From: Thermoanaerobaculia bacterium
Lineage (GTDB): Bacteria; Acidobacteriota; Thermoanaerobaculia; Gp7-AA8
DNA length: 64,000 nucleotides
Reading direction: 5' to 3'
NCBI GenBank assembly: GCA_038230535.1
Contig: JBBRNB010000019.1
Span: 2,165-66,164 of the forward strand
This document shows, piece by piece, positions 39,051 through 49,052 of this stretch. Numbering within the stretch: the stretch's first letter is position 1; every line of letters starts with the position of its first letter. Made by a program: the position numbers and the translations under genes. Below the pieces are notes generated by a model. It was not told the origin of the DNA and searched no databases. It was given only the letters and a program-made list of their open reading frames with translations.

Positions 39051-39996
39051 GTTGAAGGCAGAAAGCAAAAGGATGAAAGCAGAAGTCATGAATACGATGA
39101 CGCGCCGCATGGAGCGATCTGGTCAGCGGAGACGCAGCCTGACGAGTGCGCTCTTCTGCCTTCTGCTTTCTGCCTTCTGCCTTTCCGCTGCCGCACAGGA
39201 TGACCGTTACACGCCGGCCAAACAGGTGCCGCTCGGCGATCTGCTCCTCTCGCTGCCAACCTCACATATCCCGTCCGAGGGGACGTGGGAGATCAAGTTC
39301 ACGCACCGGTTCAACCAGTCGCTCGACCAGGGAAGCTTCAGTGACCGCGTGCATTCGCTATGGGGACTCGACAGCAACGTCGACGTAGGAATCGGCCTGT
39401 CGTACGTGATCAACCGGGATCTGCAGGCTACGTTCGTGCGAAGCAACGTCAACGACGACATCGAGTCATCATTCAAGTATGTGGTCATGCAGCAGGCGCC
39501 TGCGATCCCGTTCTCTCTGGCGTTGCGAGGCGGGATGGACTGGCGGACGGAGCGCGACCTTCGCGATCGCACCTCATTCTTCGGTCAGGCCATCATTTCG
39601 CGGCAGTTCGGCGGCCGGGCTGAGATTTTCCTGATGCCAACGTACGTGACGAATGCCGGACGTGCCGTCAACGGTACGACGTCGGCAGCGCTCTTCAAAC
39701 ATGCTGTGAACGTACCGATCGGCGGCGCGGTAATGATCAGGCCTGGACTCAGCATCGTCGGAGAATTCACTCCGAAGAACCGTGACCTCCCGTCAACGAT
39801 GAAGAAGGGGGATTTCGGTTGGGCGCTCGGACTCAAGCGCGCCATCGGCGGTCACTACTTCGAGATCCTGTTGACGAACAGCAACGCCACGCATACCGAC
39901 CAGTACGTCACATCGACGTACCAGGGCTCGCCGTTGAACAAGAGTGATATTCATCTTGGGTTCGACATCGAGCGCCGTTTCGGCAGCCGGCACTAG
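39043..39996 (+). CDS. Hypothetical secreted/outer-membrane protein (possible beta-barrel), coupled to the upstream lipoprotein
   Basis: Signal peptide (RRRSLTSALFCLLLSAFCLSAAAQ) and an alternating beta-strand pattern. The start is ambiguous (ATG at 39043, 39071 or 39098). Confidence 0.45.
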   Translation: MTELKAESKRMKAEVMNTMTRRMERSGQRRRSLTSALFCLLLSAFCLSAAAQDDRYTPAKQVPLGDLLLSLPTSHIPSEGTWEIKFTHRFNQSLDQGSFSDRVHSLWGLDSNVDVGIGLSYVINRDLQATFVRSNVNDDIESSFKYVVMQQAPAIPFSLALRGGMDWRTERDLRDRTSFFGQAIISRQFGGRAEIFLMPTYVTNAGRAVNGTTSAALFKHAVNVPIGGAVMIRPGLSIVGEFTPKNRDLPSTMKKGDFGWALGLKRAIGGHYFEILLTNSNATHTDQYVTSTYQGSPLNKSDIHLGFDIERRFGSRH

Positions 39997-40075
39997 AGAA
40001 GTGGGAGGTAGGGCGTCGGGGGTCGAAAGAAGCTGGCAAAACGCTGGGTGGCAATCCCCGACACCCGGCTTCCGG

Positions 40076-40246
40076 CTACGGAACCTCGGTACCTTCGACG
40101 ACGAGATCGGCGAGATCGATGTCGGAGCCCGGCTCGCCCGGCTCGGCATTCTTCCGCTGGGCTCGCTTTTCTGCTTTCAACTGCTGGCGCTCGCGCTTGG
40201 CTTGCTCGCGCTGACGTTTGACGACGGAAACTTGTGGCCTGCCCAT
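40076..40246 (-). CDS. Small basic hypothetical protein (~56 aa, Lys/Arg/Gln-rich coiled segment)
   Basis: GGAGG RBS 5 nt before the ATG, high GC3, located just after the cspA terminator. Confidence 0.4.
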   Translation of the reverse strand: MGRPQVSVVKRQREQAKRERQQLKAEKRAQRKNAEPGEPGSDIDLADLVVEGTEVP

Positions 40247-40255
40247 AAACCTCCA

Positions 40256-40290
40256 CATAACGAAAAGGGCAGGATCGCTCCTGCCCTTTC
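40256..40290 (-). terminator. Rho-independent terminator of cspA (GGGCAGGAgcgaTCCTGCCC + TTTTCGTT on the minus strand)
   Basis: Direct reading immediately 3' of the cspA stop. Confidence 0.75.
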
Positions 40291-40311
40291 GTCGATAGCA
40301 ATATCGGCTAC

Positions 40312-40515
40312 TTAGACCGCGACGACGTTTGCCGCCTGGAGACCTTTCGGTCCTTTGACGATGTCGAACTCGACGGCGGCTCCTTCGGGAAGCGACCGGA
40401 AGCCGGCGCCCTGGATTGCCGAGAAGTGGACGAATACGTCGTCACCGTTCTCGCTGGTGATGAAACCGAACCCTTTGGCGTCGTTGAACCACTTTACGTT
40501 ACCTTGTGTTCTCAT
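40312..40515 (-). CDS. cspA: Cold-shock protein CspA family
   Basis: [19 protein letters not shown]...VFVHFSAI has the RNP1/RNP2 motifs. 67 aa. Confidence 0.95.
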   Translation of the reverse strand: MRTQGNVKWFNDAKGFGFITSENGDDVFVHFSAIQGAGFRSLPEGAAVEFDIVKGPKGLQAANVVAV

Positions 40516-40689
40516 CTTTGAATCTCCTTTCTGTGCTGCCTTCGGAGATTCAAAACGGTGTTCTTCGTCTCAACTCGGCAAATCACGGATGTACAGCCCA
40601 ACCGGAGCAGGTAGCAGCCTATTCCGTAAGTGGATGCCGGGCCCAAATGGGCATGATGGCGGAACGTTTGCAGTTACTACACGGCAGTC

Positions 40690-41697
40690 ATGCACTGCCC
40701 GGAATGCAACACTCCGTACGAAGCAAACGCGGCATCCTGCTCGAACTGCGGTCTCCTGCTGCTCAATCTCGCCCCTCACCGGCGCGCGGAGGACCTCGGC
40801 ACAAAGAAACGCCGCGCCGCCGATCAGATGGCGCCCTGCAAGTTCTGCGGCAGCGACATCCCGCTGAACGCGATCCGGTGCAGGCAATGCTCGGAGATCG
40901 TCAACGACGATTTCTATCGCGAACGATCTCAGCGTACCCGTTCCCGTATCAACCATGCGAGCTGGGTAGCCTACATCTTCGGCCTGGGCGCGCTCCTCGT
41001 GTTCCGTCCTGTCGGGCTCGTCTCGATCGGCGCGGGCCTGCTCCTGTCGATCCTTTACTACGCGATTCCGGTCGAGCCTCCCTCGTCGAAGCAGAATCCG
41101 CGCAAGCGTCTCTCCCTCTGGCAACGCATCCGGCAGCAGACGAAGCTGGAACGGGTATCGATCTCGATCCCCAACTTTCCGAAGCGGAAGCTCGTATTCG
41201 TCGGAACGCCCCTCATCGCCGCGATCATCGGCTACTCGGCGAACGTCATTCTCCTGCAGCAGCCGGTTGACGACGTGCTGCGCAAGAGCTCCGCGTTCGC
41301 CGGGATGGAAGTCTCGGCGCACTATCAGTACTACATGGTCCCGGGGGTGGTGGTCTACGACCTCCGCACCATCGGCATCCGCCAGTCGCCGATCGATGTC
41401 CACACGGCGTTCCTGGAGTTTGCGAAGAAGGTGCGCGACAACCGCTACAAGCGTGTCGAGCTGTCCTATCGCGGCACGACCAAGTTTTCCATCGACGGCG
41501 CCTCGTTCCACCAGATCGGTGACGAGTACGCAAAGCGGAACTTCAACTACGCGCTCTACAAGGTCCCTCACCTCTTCCACCGCGAAGGATCGACGGCCGC
41601 CAAGCCCTCCAGCTCCGATCGCGACGCGCTACTCCAGTTCCATCGCCAGTGGTACGGCGACGATCAACTGACGCGAAGCGTCTCGAACGGGATGTGA
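40690..41697 (+). CDS. Hypothetical membrane protein with N-terminal zinc-ribbon (two CxxC pairs) domains
   Basis: MHCPECNTPYEANAASCSNCG and CKFCGSDIPLNAIRCRQCS, followed by 2 TM helices and a soluble C-terminal domain. Confidence 0.5.
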   Translation: MHCPECNTPYEANAASCSNCGLLLLNLAPHRRAEDLGTKKRRAADQMAPCKFCGSDIPLNAIRCRQCSEIVNDDFYRERSQRTRSRINHASWVAYIFGLGALLVFRPVGLVSIGAGLLLSILYYAIPVEPPSSKQNPRKRLSLWQRIRQQTKLERVSISIPNFPKRKLVFVGTPLIAAIIGYSANVILLQQPVDDVLRKSSAFAGMEVSAHYQYYMVPGVVVYDLRTIGIRQSPIDVHTAFLEFAKKVRDNRYKRVELSYRGTTKFSIDGASFHQIGDEYAKRNFNYALYKVPHLFHREGSTAAKPSSSDRDALLQFHRQWYGDDQLTRSVSNGM

Positions 41698-41824
41698 GTT
41701 CCGGCGGGGCCGGTTTGTCGGGAGTCAGGTGTAAGAGGCCGACTCGGATAGCCGGGCCAGCGTGAGCTGGCCATCGCTGTGCTATCGGTTTTCCGCCTTC
41801 AGGCCTGGCGGTTGAGAATGCGGG

Positions 41825-42088
41825 TTACGATGCTTTGCGAGTTGCGCGCTCGATTGCCTGATGCAACTCCCAGTCAGCCTGTAGCCGCATCCAGAACTGC
41901 GGTGAGGTGTTGAATAGTCGTCCCAGTCGAAGGGCGCTGTCGGCGGTAATCGCACGCTTTCCGAGTACGATCTCATTCAACCTGTTCAGCGACATTCCGA
42001 GGCGTCGAGCAGCGTCGACCTGACCCATTCCGAGCGGCTTCAGAAACTCCTCGAGCACGATTTCGCCAGGCGGAATCGAAGGTCCCAT
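41825..42088 (-). CDS. higA: HigA-family antitoxin (XRE-type HTH)
   Basis: MGPSIPPGEIVLEEFLKPLGMGQVDAARRLGMSLNRLNEIVLGKRAITADSALRLGRLFNTSPQFWMRLQADWEL is a typical HigA. The track ORF extends to an upstream ATG (42175). Confidence 0.8.
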   Translation of the reverse strand: MGPSIPPGEIVLEEFLKPLGMGQVDAARRLGMSLNRLNEIVLGKRAITADSALRLGRLFNTSPQFWMRLQADWELHQAIERATRKAS

Positions 42089-42101
42089 CCAGTTTGGATC
42101 T

Positions 42102-42392
42102 CTAGTGATAGTCCTCGACGACGACTTCAAAGGCATTTCCCTGCTCCCATCGGAAGGTAACGCGATATTGACCATTAATTCGGATGCTGTGCCTGCCGGT
42201 TTGATCGCCTTTCAACGCCTCCAGTCGATTCCCAGAGGGAATCGTCAGATCCTGCAGGCGCACCGCCACATCAACCATCTTGAGCTTTCGCTGAGCGCTC
42301 CGCCAGATCTCACGCGGGATACTTCTGGCTGCGCGCGTGTTTCGTTCGCGAAAGATGTCGGAGGTCGCTTCGTCGCCAAAGGACTGAATCAA
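42102..42392 (-). CDS. higB: HigB-family toxin (RelE/ParE superfamily mRNA interferase)
   Basis: 96 aa, ...FGDEATSDIFRERNTRAARSIPREIW...LKGDQTGRHSIRINGQYRVTFRWEQGNAFEVVVEDYH. Toxin-first gene order. Confidence 0.8.
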   Translation of the reverse strand: MIQSFGDEATSDIFRERNTRAARSIPREIWRSAQRKLKMVDVAVRLQDLTIPSGNRLEALKGDQTGRHSIRINGQYRVTFRWEQGNAFEVVVEDYH

Positions 42393-42448
42393 AACGTCTG
42401 GACATACTACACGTTTACCGTGTAGTCGTCGATCTCATTGTCCTTCCG

Positions 42449-43057
42449 CTATAGCAGCCCTTCCGCCTCCAGCTCCCGAGTCAATGAACGTGCGTCGGTG
42501 AACTGGAAGGCGCGCATGCCGAGGGCTCGGGCAGCGAGGACGTTCTCCAGCAGGTCGTCGATGAAGATCGTGTTTTGCGAGGTCGCTCCGATCGATTCGA
42601 GTGCGCGGCGGAACACGTCCGGATCGGGCTTGGCGCACTTGAGGCGATGGGAGAAGACGAGGGGCTCGTCCTTGTGGAAGACGCCGGCGAACCGGGTGGG
42701 GATCACTTCCGCGTGGATCTCGTTCGAGTTCGAGAGAAAGGCCACGCGATAGCACTCCCGTACGCGATCGAGGAGGTCTTCGATGCCCGGCATCGTACCG
42801 TCGAAGAAGTCAGACCAGGCACGGTGAAAGTCGCGGATCGTGCCGCGGTAGCCGGTGTGATCGCAAAGGAAGTCGTAAAACTCGTAAAACGAGACAGCGC
42901 CGCGTTCCATGTCGCGGTATGCCCCCGGCGCTTCGAGCAGATCGACAAGCTCGTCGCGCGTAACCGTGGCATCCGCGCAGATCGCCGACAGCACTCGCTC
43001 GTACGCGAGTTTGATGACCGTGTTACCGAGGTCGAAGAGGAACCAGGTGGCTGTCAT
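42449..43057 (-). CDS. HAD-superfamily hydrolase (subfamily IA)
   Basis: FDLGNT (DxG/DxD motif I) and IFIDD motif IV. Confidence 0.7.
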   Translation of the reverse strand: MTATWFLFDLGNTVIKLAYERVLSAICADATVTRDELVDLLEAPGAYRDMERGAVSFYEFYDFLCDHTGYRGTIRDFHRAWSDFFDGTMPGIEDLLDRVRECYRVAFLSNSNEIHAEVIPTRFAGVFHKDEPLVFSHRLKCAKPDPDVFRRALESIGATSQNTIFIDDLLENVLAARALGMRAFQFTDARSLTRELEAEGLL

Positions 43058-43080
43058 TGTTGGTTATCGAGTTGATGAAC

Positions 43081-44688
43081 CTACATACGGAACACCCCAA
43101 ACCGCGGGTCATCAATCTTCGCGTTGTACGCGACCGAAAGTCCGAGGCCGAGGTATGTACGCGTATCGGCAGGATCGATCACACCATCGTCCCAGAGGCG
43201 CGCGGTCGAGTAGTACGGCGAGCCCTCGGTGTCGTATTTCCGGAGGACTGGATCGGCGATCGCGCGCTCCTCGTCGATGGTCAGCTCCTTCCCTTCGCGG
43301 GCGAGCTGATCGCGCTTGACCGTCGTCAGGACTCCCGCGGCCTGCTCGCCGCCCATCACACTGATTCGTGCGTTCGGCCACATCCAGAGGAACCGCGGCG
43401 AGTATGCGCGGCCGCACATGCCGTAGTTGCCGGCACCGAACGAGCCTCCGATGATCACGGTGAACTTTGGCACGGTGGAGTTGGCGACGGCGTGAACCAT
43501 CTTCGCCCCATCCTTGGCGATGCCGCCCCTCTCGTACTCCTTGCCGACCATGAAGCCGGTGATGTTCTGAAGAAACACGAGCGGTACGCGCCGCTGGTTG
43601 CACAGCTCGATGAAGTGCGTAGCCTTGAGTGCGCTCTCGGAAAAGAGCACGCCGTTGTTGGCGAGTATGCCGACCTTATAGCCGAAGATCCGCGCGAAGC
43701 CGGTCACGACCGTTGGCGCGTAGCGCTCCTTGAACTCCTGGAACCGGGAGCCGTCGACGACGCGGGCGATCACCTCACGAACGTCGTACGACTTCCGGAT
43801 GTCGCTCGGAATGACGCCGTAGATCTCCTTTGGATCGAATGCCGGTTCCTCCGGATCGATACGGGTCTCCGGCTCGCGCTTGTCGAGAGGAAGGTTCTCG
43901 ACGATGTTGCGCACGATGGCGATGGCATCGAGATCATCTTCCGCGAAGTGATCGGCGACGCCGCTGATCCTGGTGTGTACGTCAGCCCCGCCCAACTCCT
44001 CCGCGGTTACTTCCTCTCCCGTGGCCGCCTTCACCAGCGGAGGGCCGCCGAGAAAGATCGTGCCGGTGTTCTTCACGATGACGGCTTCGTCCGACATCGC
44101 GGGCACATACGCTCCGCCGGCGGTACAGGAGCCCATCACGGCAGCGATCTGCGGGATCTCGCGCGCCGACATGACCGCCTGGTTGTAGAAGATGCGGCCG
44201 AAATGCTCGCGATCCGGAAACACTTCGGCCTGCAACGGCAGGAAGGCGCCGCCGGAGTCGACGAGATAGATGCACGGAAGAGTGTTCTGCAGCGCCACTT
44301 CCTGGGCTCGCAGATGTTTCTTCACCGTCATCGGGAAATAGGTGCCGCCCTTGACGGTGGCGTCGTTGGCGATGATGAGGCACTCCCGCCCCTGGATCCG
44401 ACCCACACCGGTGATGATGCCGGCAGCCGGTGCGCCGTCCTCATACATGCCATTCGCGGCCAGCGGCGAGAGCTCGAGGAACGGCGTGTCGGGGTCGAGC
44501 AGCGCGGCGATCCGTTCGCGCGGCGGTAACTTCCCCTGCTCTTTATGGCGGGCCACGTACTTCGGCCCGCCTCCTTCCCTGGCCAAAGCCAGGCGACGTT
44601 TCAGATCGTCGACGAGCGCGCGTAGCGCGGCCGAGTTCCGCCGAAAGTCATCGGAAGTCGGATCGAGGTGCTTTGGTAGAGTTTCCAT
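43081..44688 (-). CDS. Acyl-CoA carboxylase carboxyltransferase beta subunit (methylcrotonoyl-CoA carboxylase beta-like)
   Basis: 535 aa with two carboxyltransferase domains and high similarity in pattern to MCCC2/LiuB/PccB-type proteins. Confidence 0.85.
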   Translation of the reverse strand: METLPKHLDPTSDDFRRNSAALRALVDDLKRRLALAREGGGPKYVARHKEQGKLPPRERIAALLDPDTPFLELSPLAANGMYEDGAPAAGIITGVGRIQGRECLIIANDATVKGGTYFPMTVKKHLRAQEVALQNTLPCIYLVDSGGAFLPLQAEVFPDREHFGRIFYNQAVMSAREIPQIAAVMGSCTAGGAYVPAMSDEAVIVKNTGTIFLGGPPLVKAATGEEVTAEELGGADVHTRISGVADHFAEDDLDAIAIVRNIVENLPLDKREPETRIDPEEPAFDPKEIYGVIPSDIRKSYDVREVIARVVDGSRFQEFKERYAPTVVTGFARIFGYKVGILANNGVLFSESALKATHFIELCNQRRVPLVFLQNITGFMVGKEYERGGIAKDGAKMVHAVANSTVPKFTVIIGGSFGAGNYGMCGRAYSPRFLWMWPNARISVMGGEQAAGVLTTVKRDQLAREGKELTIDEERAIADPVLRKYDTEGSPYYSTARLWDDGVIDPADTRTYLGLGLSVAYNAKIDDPRFGVFRM

Positions 44689-44743
44689 CTGCGCGGTCAG
44701 TTCCTTGGAATCCCTCCGTCGTCGAGCACGATCTCGTGAATGC

Positions 44744-45142
44744 TCACACGTTCACGGCGCGGCGGATAGCGTCGACGGCGGCAGCCGTCGGCGTCCCGGG
44801 CAGAAAGATCTCGCGGATGCCGATCGCCTTCATCTTCGGGATGTCTTTCTCCGGGATGATGCCGCCGGCGAAGACGATGATGTCGCTGGCGCTCTCTTCT
44901 TTCAAAAGCCGCATGATCTCGGGAAAAAGTACGTTGTGCGCGCCGGAAAGGATAGACAGGCCGATGGCATCGACATCCTCCTGCACGGCCGCGGCCACGA
45001 TCTGTTCCGGTGTTTGCCGCAGTCCTGTGTAGATCACTTCCATCCCGGCGTCACGCAGCGCGCGCGCGATGATCTTCGCGCCGCGGTCGTGGCCGTCAAG
45101 GCCTGGTTTCGCAATCAGCACACGGATTTTTCGCTCACTCAT
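44744..45142 (-). CDS. Cobalamin (B12)-binding domain protein (methylmalonyl-CoA mutase C-terminal-domain-like)
   Basis: [44 protein letters not shown] has the DxHxxG B12-binding motif. ~132 aa. Confidence 0.8.
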   Translation of the reverse strand: MSERKIRVLIAKPGLDGHDRGAKIIARALRDAGMEVIYTGLRQTPEQIVAAAVQEDVDAIGLSILSGAHNVLFPEIMRLLKEESASDIIVFAGGIIPEKDIPKMKAIGIREIFLPGTPTAAAVDAIRRAVNV

Positions 45143-45753
45143 TTTGCAGAGTCTACCCCGGCGGTGGTTTGTGGTTGGTCCCGAAACCTCGAGAGGATCA
45201 CGATGTCGTGATAGCTGCCCTCGCGGAAGAAATCCCGCCGCAGGCAGCCCTCCTGCACGAAACCGAGCGTTTCCAGCACATGTTTCGCGCGGTCGTTGTA
45301 GTCGAAGACGTTGATGCGAAGCTTGCCGAGGTTCATCTCGTCGAAGGCAAAGCGGACGAGGGTCTGGATGGAATCGCCGCCGAACCCGCGGTTCCACGCC
45401 GTCGGCTCTCCGATGAAGAGCCCGAACCATGCCGTCTGCGAGACCCAGTCGATCTCATGAATCGACGCGTTGCCGATGTGCGTCCGGTCGTCCCTCCGCT
45501 CGATGGCGAAGTGACGCTCCGTCGGATTCGCGTGCATGGCCCTCTCGAGCCATTCGATCTCGTTCTGGAACGCGATCGGGTAACGGGTCTTCAGCGTCCG
45601 GACGATGTTCGGATCATTGATCCAGCGATAGCAGCGCTCGGCATCATCGCGCTCGAAGGCACGGAGAATGACGTGTTCGCCGGCGATCATGAAACGTCGC
45701 CTCACCGGCTCGCGACCAGGCTCGTTCAAATCTCGCTCAGTGCGATTGGTCAT
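45139..45753 (-). CDS. GNAT family N-acetyltransferase (RimJ/RimL-like)
   Basis: Acetyl-CoA binding region ...[45 protein letters not shown]. The start may be the internal MIAGEHV. Confidence 0.7.
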   Translation of the reverse strand: MTNRTERDLNEPGREPVRRRFMIAGEHVILRAFERDDAERCYRWINDPNIVRTLKTRYPIAFQNEIEWLERAMHANPTERHFAIERRDDRTHIGNASIHEIDWVSQTAWFGLFIGEPTAWNRGFGGDSIQTLVRFAFDEMNLGKLRINVFDYNDRAKHVLETLGFVQEGCLRRDFFREGSYHDIVILSRFRDQPQTTAGVDSAK

Positions 45754-45928
45754 CGGGGTTGATTATATGGGTCGCGGGGGTTACGAGGCTGTGCTCCCGA
45801 ACACGGGGTTCGGCCCAGCGCAGCTGGGCCCTACAGGCTACGGCCGCCGCGAGAACAACATCGGCGAAACGTCACGGATGACGATTCGTGGGGCGGACGG
45901 GCACCGAACGGTAACCAAGGTACCCACA

Positions 45929-46858
45929 TCACCCTGCCAGCACAACCTTCGGCTTCACCTCGACCGGACCGCCTTCCCGCAGCACGTTCACGACCTCGCC
46001 GATGGCCACGAGGCGGTCTTCGGGGTTGCCTAGGGCCAGGAGATCGCCGTTCTTGACAGCAACCGATGGCGTCATGATCACGGACTGGCCGCGCATCAGC
46101 TTCCCCTGTTGCGACCAGTCAATTCTCAACTTCGGTAGTGGCAGCTCGACCTCGGAAAGAGACTGGAACCACGGCGCCCCCAGAATCTTTTCGAGCGGCG
46201 CCTCTTCGAGCATCTCGGGAGGCAGGGAGTCGGAGACGCGGAACTCTCCGATGGCGGTGCGGCGGAGCTCTTTCAGGTGGGCCGGAACACCGGCCGCGAC
46301 GCCGAGATCGTGCGCGAGGGAACGGACATACGTACCGGCTGACGAGCGGACGCGGAAGCGAACGGTCGATCCGACCACGCTCGAGATCTCGAACTCGTAA
46401 ACCGTAATTGCCTTTGGCGTCAGGGCGGCCACTTCACCTCTCCGCGCAAGCTCGTACGCGCGCACGCCGCCGACTTTCTTGGCCGAGAACTGGGGCGGCA
46501 TCTGCTCGATCGCGCCAAGGAAGGGCGCAACCAGCGGCGCGAAGTCGATGTGCTCGACATTGACCTCGGTCATCTCTCCTGCCGGCACACCTGCTGCGTC
46601 ATACGAATCGGTGGCCCAGCCGAACTGCATCACCCCTTCGTATGTCTTCTCCATGCCCATCAGGTAGGCCTGCAACCGCGTGGCCTTTCCGACGCATAGG
46701 ACGAGCAGTCCGGTGGCAAGCGGATCGAGCGTGCCTGTGTGCCCCACCTTCTTGATCTTGGAACGGCGCCGGAACTTCTCGACGACGTCGTGCGAGGTGA
46801 TGCCGGTCTTCTTGTCAACGAGAAGGAGTCCGTCTACCTTGGGTTGGGGCGTTTGCAT
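45929..46858 (-). CDS. truB: tRNA pseudouridine(55) synthase TruB
   Basis: GLLLVDKKTGITSHDVV...HTGTLDPLATGLL catalytic Asp motif, C-terminal PUA-like region. The track ORF starts at an upstream ATG (47029). Confidence 0.9.
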   Translation of the reverse strand: MQTPQPKVDGLLLVDKKTGITSHDVVEKFRRRSKIKKVGHTGTLDPLATGLLVLCVGKATRLQAYLMGMEKTYEGVMQFGWATDSYDAAGVPAGEMTEVNVEHIDFAPLVAPFLGAIEQMPPQFSAKKVGGVRAYELARRGEVAALTPKAITVYEFEISSVVGSTVRFRVRSSAGTYVRSLAHDLGVAAGVPAHLKELRRTAIGEFRVSDSLPPEMLEEAPLEKILGAPWFQSLSEVELPLPKLRIDWSQQGKLMRGQSVIMTPSVAVKNGDLLALGNPEDRLVAIGEVVNVLREGGPVEVKPKVVLAG

Positions 46859-46913
46859 GGGCGGGGAAGGATAAAGCAAACGCTCCCCTGCCGCCCGGGT
46901 AAAATGCCGCGGC

Positions 46914-47480
46914 GTGCTGAAGCCAGGCAAAGCAAAGCGAAGCAGGAAGTATCTCGTCTGGATGGACTGCGAGATGACGGGCCTGGATCCCGACAGGCAT
47001 GTGCTCCTCGAGATCGCAACGATCATCACTGACTACGATCTGCAAATCGTCGCCCGAGGACCGGTGCTGGCCATCCGACCCAGCAAGTCGAAGCTCGAGA
47101 TGATGGATGCCTGGTGCCGGCGGACTCACGGCCAAAGCGGCCTGCTCGACCGCGTGCGTGATGAAGGGGTCAGCGTCGCTGAGGCGGAGCGGCAGACGCT
47201 CAACTTCGTACGGCGTTACTGCTACGTGCGCAGCGCGCCTCTCTGCGGAAACTCCATCGGTCAGGACAAGCGGTTCCTCGCGAAGTACATGCCGCGGCTC
47301 GACGGCTTCCTCCACTACCGGATCGTCGATGTCAGCTCGATCAAGACGCTCGTGGCGGAGTGGTACGACGGCAAGTACAAGTCGCCGAAGAAGCAGGAAG
47401 CCCATCGAGCGTTGTCGGATATCGAAGAGTCGATCGCCGAGCTGGACTATTACCGGAAGACGGTGTTTATCAGGCCCTGA
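46914..47480 (+). CDS. orn: Oligoribonuclease (Orn)
   Basis: LVWMDCEMTGLDP...ICGNSIGQDKRFLAKYMP...YRIVDVSSIKTL...AHRALSDIEESIAELDYYR has the DEDDh exonuclease motifs. Confidence 0.9.
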   Translation: MLKPGKAKRSRKYLVWMDCEMTGLDPDRHVLLEIATIITDYDLQIVARGPVLAIRPSKSKLEMMDAWCRRTHGQSGLLDRVRDEGVSVAEAERQTLNFVRRYCYVRSAPLCGNSIGQDKRFLAKYMPRLDGFLHYRIVDVSSIKTLVAEWYDGKYKSPKKQEAHRALSDIEESIAELDYYRKTVFIRP

Positions 47481-47503
47481 CCGTAGCGCTTGTTGTTTCT
47501 GGT

Positions 47504-47577
47504 GTAGGGCCGCCGCCCTCGGCGGCCGGGCTCTTGTGCCGCGGGAAGATGGCCGCCGAGGGCGGCGGCTCTACACG
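47504..47577. repeat. REP-like palindromic doublet between convergent orn and rbfA
   Basis: GTGTAGGGCCGCCGCCCTCGGCGGCC ... GGCCGCCGAGGGCGGCGGCTCTACAC. Confidence 0.8.
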
Positions 47578-47600
47578 AGATGCGGGACCTGATCCTGACA

Positions 47601-47969
47601 TTACGATTCCTCGTCGTCGCTCTTCGGCTCTTTGTTGATGCCTGCGAGAAGCTCCTCGATCCGGCCGGCGCGCATGGTGGTCTCATCGAACTTGAAATCG
47701 AGCTCCGGCGTGGAGCGGAGGTGGATGCGTTTGCCGAGCTGGGAGCGGATGAACCCGCGGCGCTCCTGCAGAACGCGAACCGTATCCTTCGTCTCTTTCT
47801 CATCGAGGCCGCTGATGAAGACCCGCGCGAAGTGGAGGTCAGGGCTGACTTCGACGCTGGTGATCGATGTGAGGCCGAGGGAGAGGTCTTTCAATTCCTG
47901 ACGAAAGACCTCGACGAGTGCGTCACGGACCGACTCGCCGACACGGGAGGTTCTGCGGGTTTTGCGCAT
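47601..47969 (-). CDS. rbfA: Ribosome-binding factor A
   Basis: MRKTRRTSRVGESVRDALVEVFRQELKD...FISGL, a KH-like RbfA. 122 aa. Confidence 0.9.
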   Translation of the reverse strand: MRKTRRTSRVGESVRDALVEVFRQELKDLSLGLTSITSVEVSPDLHFARVFISGLDEKETKDTVRVLQERRGFIRSQLGKRIHLRSTPELDFKFDETTMRAGRIEELLAGINKEPKSDDEES

Positions 47970-47991
47970 ACGTCGAGTCTATCGTGCCCGG

Positions 47992-49023
47992 TTACAACAC
48001 CACATCCCGCACATTGCGCAGCACTCTGGCCTGGTAGTGATAGGAGTTGGGCCCGCTTCCGTTGTAGCGGCGGACGGCGTATGGCCAATCGCAGCCGATG
48101 TTCTCGCGTTTCGGGATGTTCGTGTATTCAGCCGAGGCGTAGTACGGCGTCGGCTGCATCGTTCCTGGTTGCGTCATGCCCGGCTTGGCGGCGTAGTACC
48201 GATCGCCCTCATGGATGTCGCGCGAGCCGGCGTCCACGCAACACTGGAGGCAGTCGGTGAGATAGCGTGGATCGCCGGCGGCGTATTTGCAGAGCCGGAG
48301 CGGGCCGCTGCCGATCTCCGCGGTACGGTCGCTGGCTTCGCTGCCACCGATGACGAAGTGGTCGAACTTGTCGCGCAACTCGCCCTGCGCCTTGCTCACA
48401 TTCTTCGCAGGGTCGTCCATGAAATCGGTAACCTCGTCCGTACGCGGCGGGTGATGAAAGATCGTGAACTGCCCGATGCCGTAGCCGCGCGACGTGATCT
48501 GGTTGGCAGTGGCCTTGTTGTTCCGGTCGAAGCCGGCGTAGACGCAGGCATCGGCCTCGTTGTAGTGCCGCAGGTCGCTCTCCTGTTTGAGGATGGCCAC
48601 GATGAAGCGCGAGGGGACGGAGGTCGACGGCAATGCAGCCACTTTCGCGCGAATGATCTGATTGTCGGCGGCGGCGTTCTCGGAGAGAGGCAGGCGGACG
48701 AAGGCCGGATCGTTCAGCATGTCGGCAATGCATTGCGCCAGGTTCTGATCGCAAGCGCCCGACACCTTGGTGACCCGTCCCTTGTTGTACGACGTCACGG
48801 CGACCGGCGCGTTGCCGTCTGACCCGCTGCCGTCGTTGTACAGAAGGTCGTATTGCAGCGCGCTCACAGCCCGCGCCGACCCGCCCTGAAACTTCCCGTC
48901 GATGCCGCCGGCCAGATAGCCGAGAGAACGCAGCGCGCTCTGCAGGTCCTTCACCTGGCCGGCGGTGGCGGCCGAGCCGCCCTCAGAGAATACGAGGCCA
49001 GGTTGCACGAAACTCATCGCCAT
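47992..49023 (-). CDS. Peptidoglycan-binding (PG_binding_1) domain protein with C-terminal Cys-containing domain of unknown function
   Basis: N-terminal LQSALRSLGYLAGGIDGKFQGGSARAVSALQ matches the PG-binding repeat. 343 aa. Confidence 0.55.
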   Translation of the reverse strand: MAMSFVQPGLVFSEGGSAATAGQVKDLQSALRSLGYLAGGIDGKFQGGSARAVSALQYDLLYNDGSGSDGNAPVAVTSYNKGRVTKVSGACDQNLAQCIADMLNDPAFVRLPLSENAAADNQIIRAKVAALPSTSVPSRFIVAILKQESDLRHYNEADACVYAGFDRNNKATANQITSRGYGIGQFTIFHHPPRTDEVTDFMDDPAKNVSKAQGELRDKFDHFVIGGSEASDRTAEIGSGPLRLCKYAAGDPRYLTDCLQCCVDAGSRDIHEGDRYYAAKPGMTQPGTMQPTPYYASAEYTNIPKRENIGCDWPYAVRRYNGSGPNSYHYQARVLRNVRDVVL

Positions 49024-49052
49024 ACGAGTGCCTCCGATTATGGAAGGAGATC

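Noticed and set aside
43057-44529. 490-aa + ORF
   Set aside because: Antisense to the carboxyltransferase gene.
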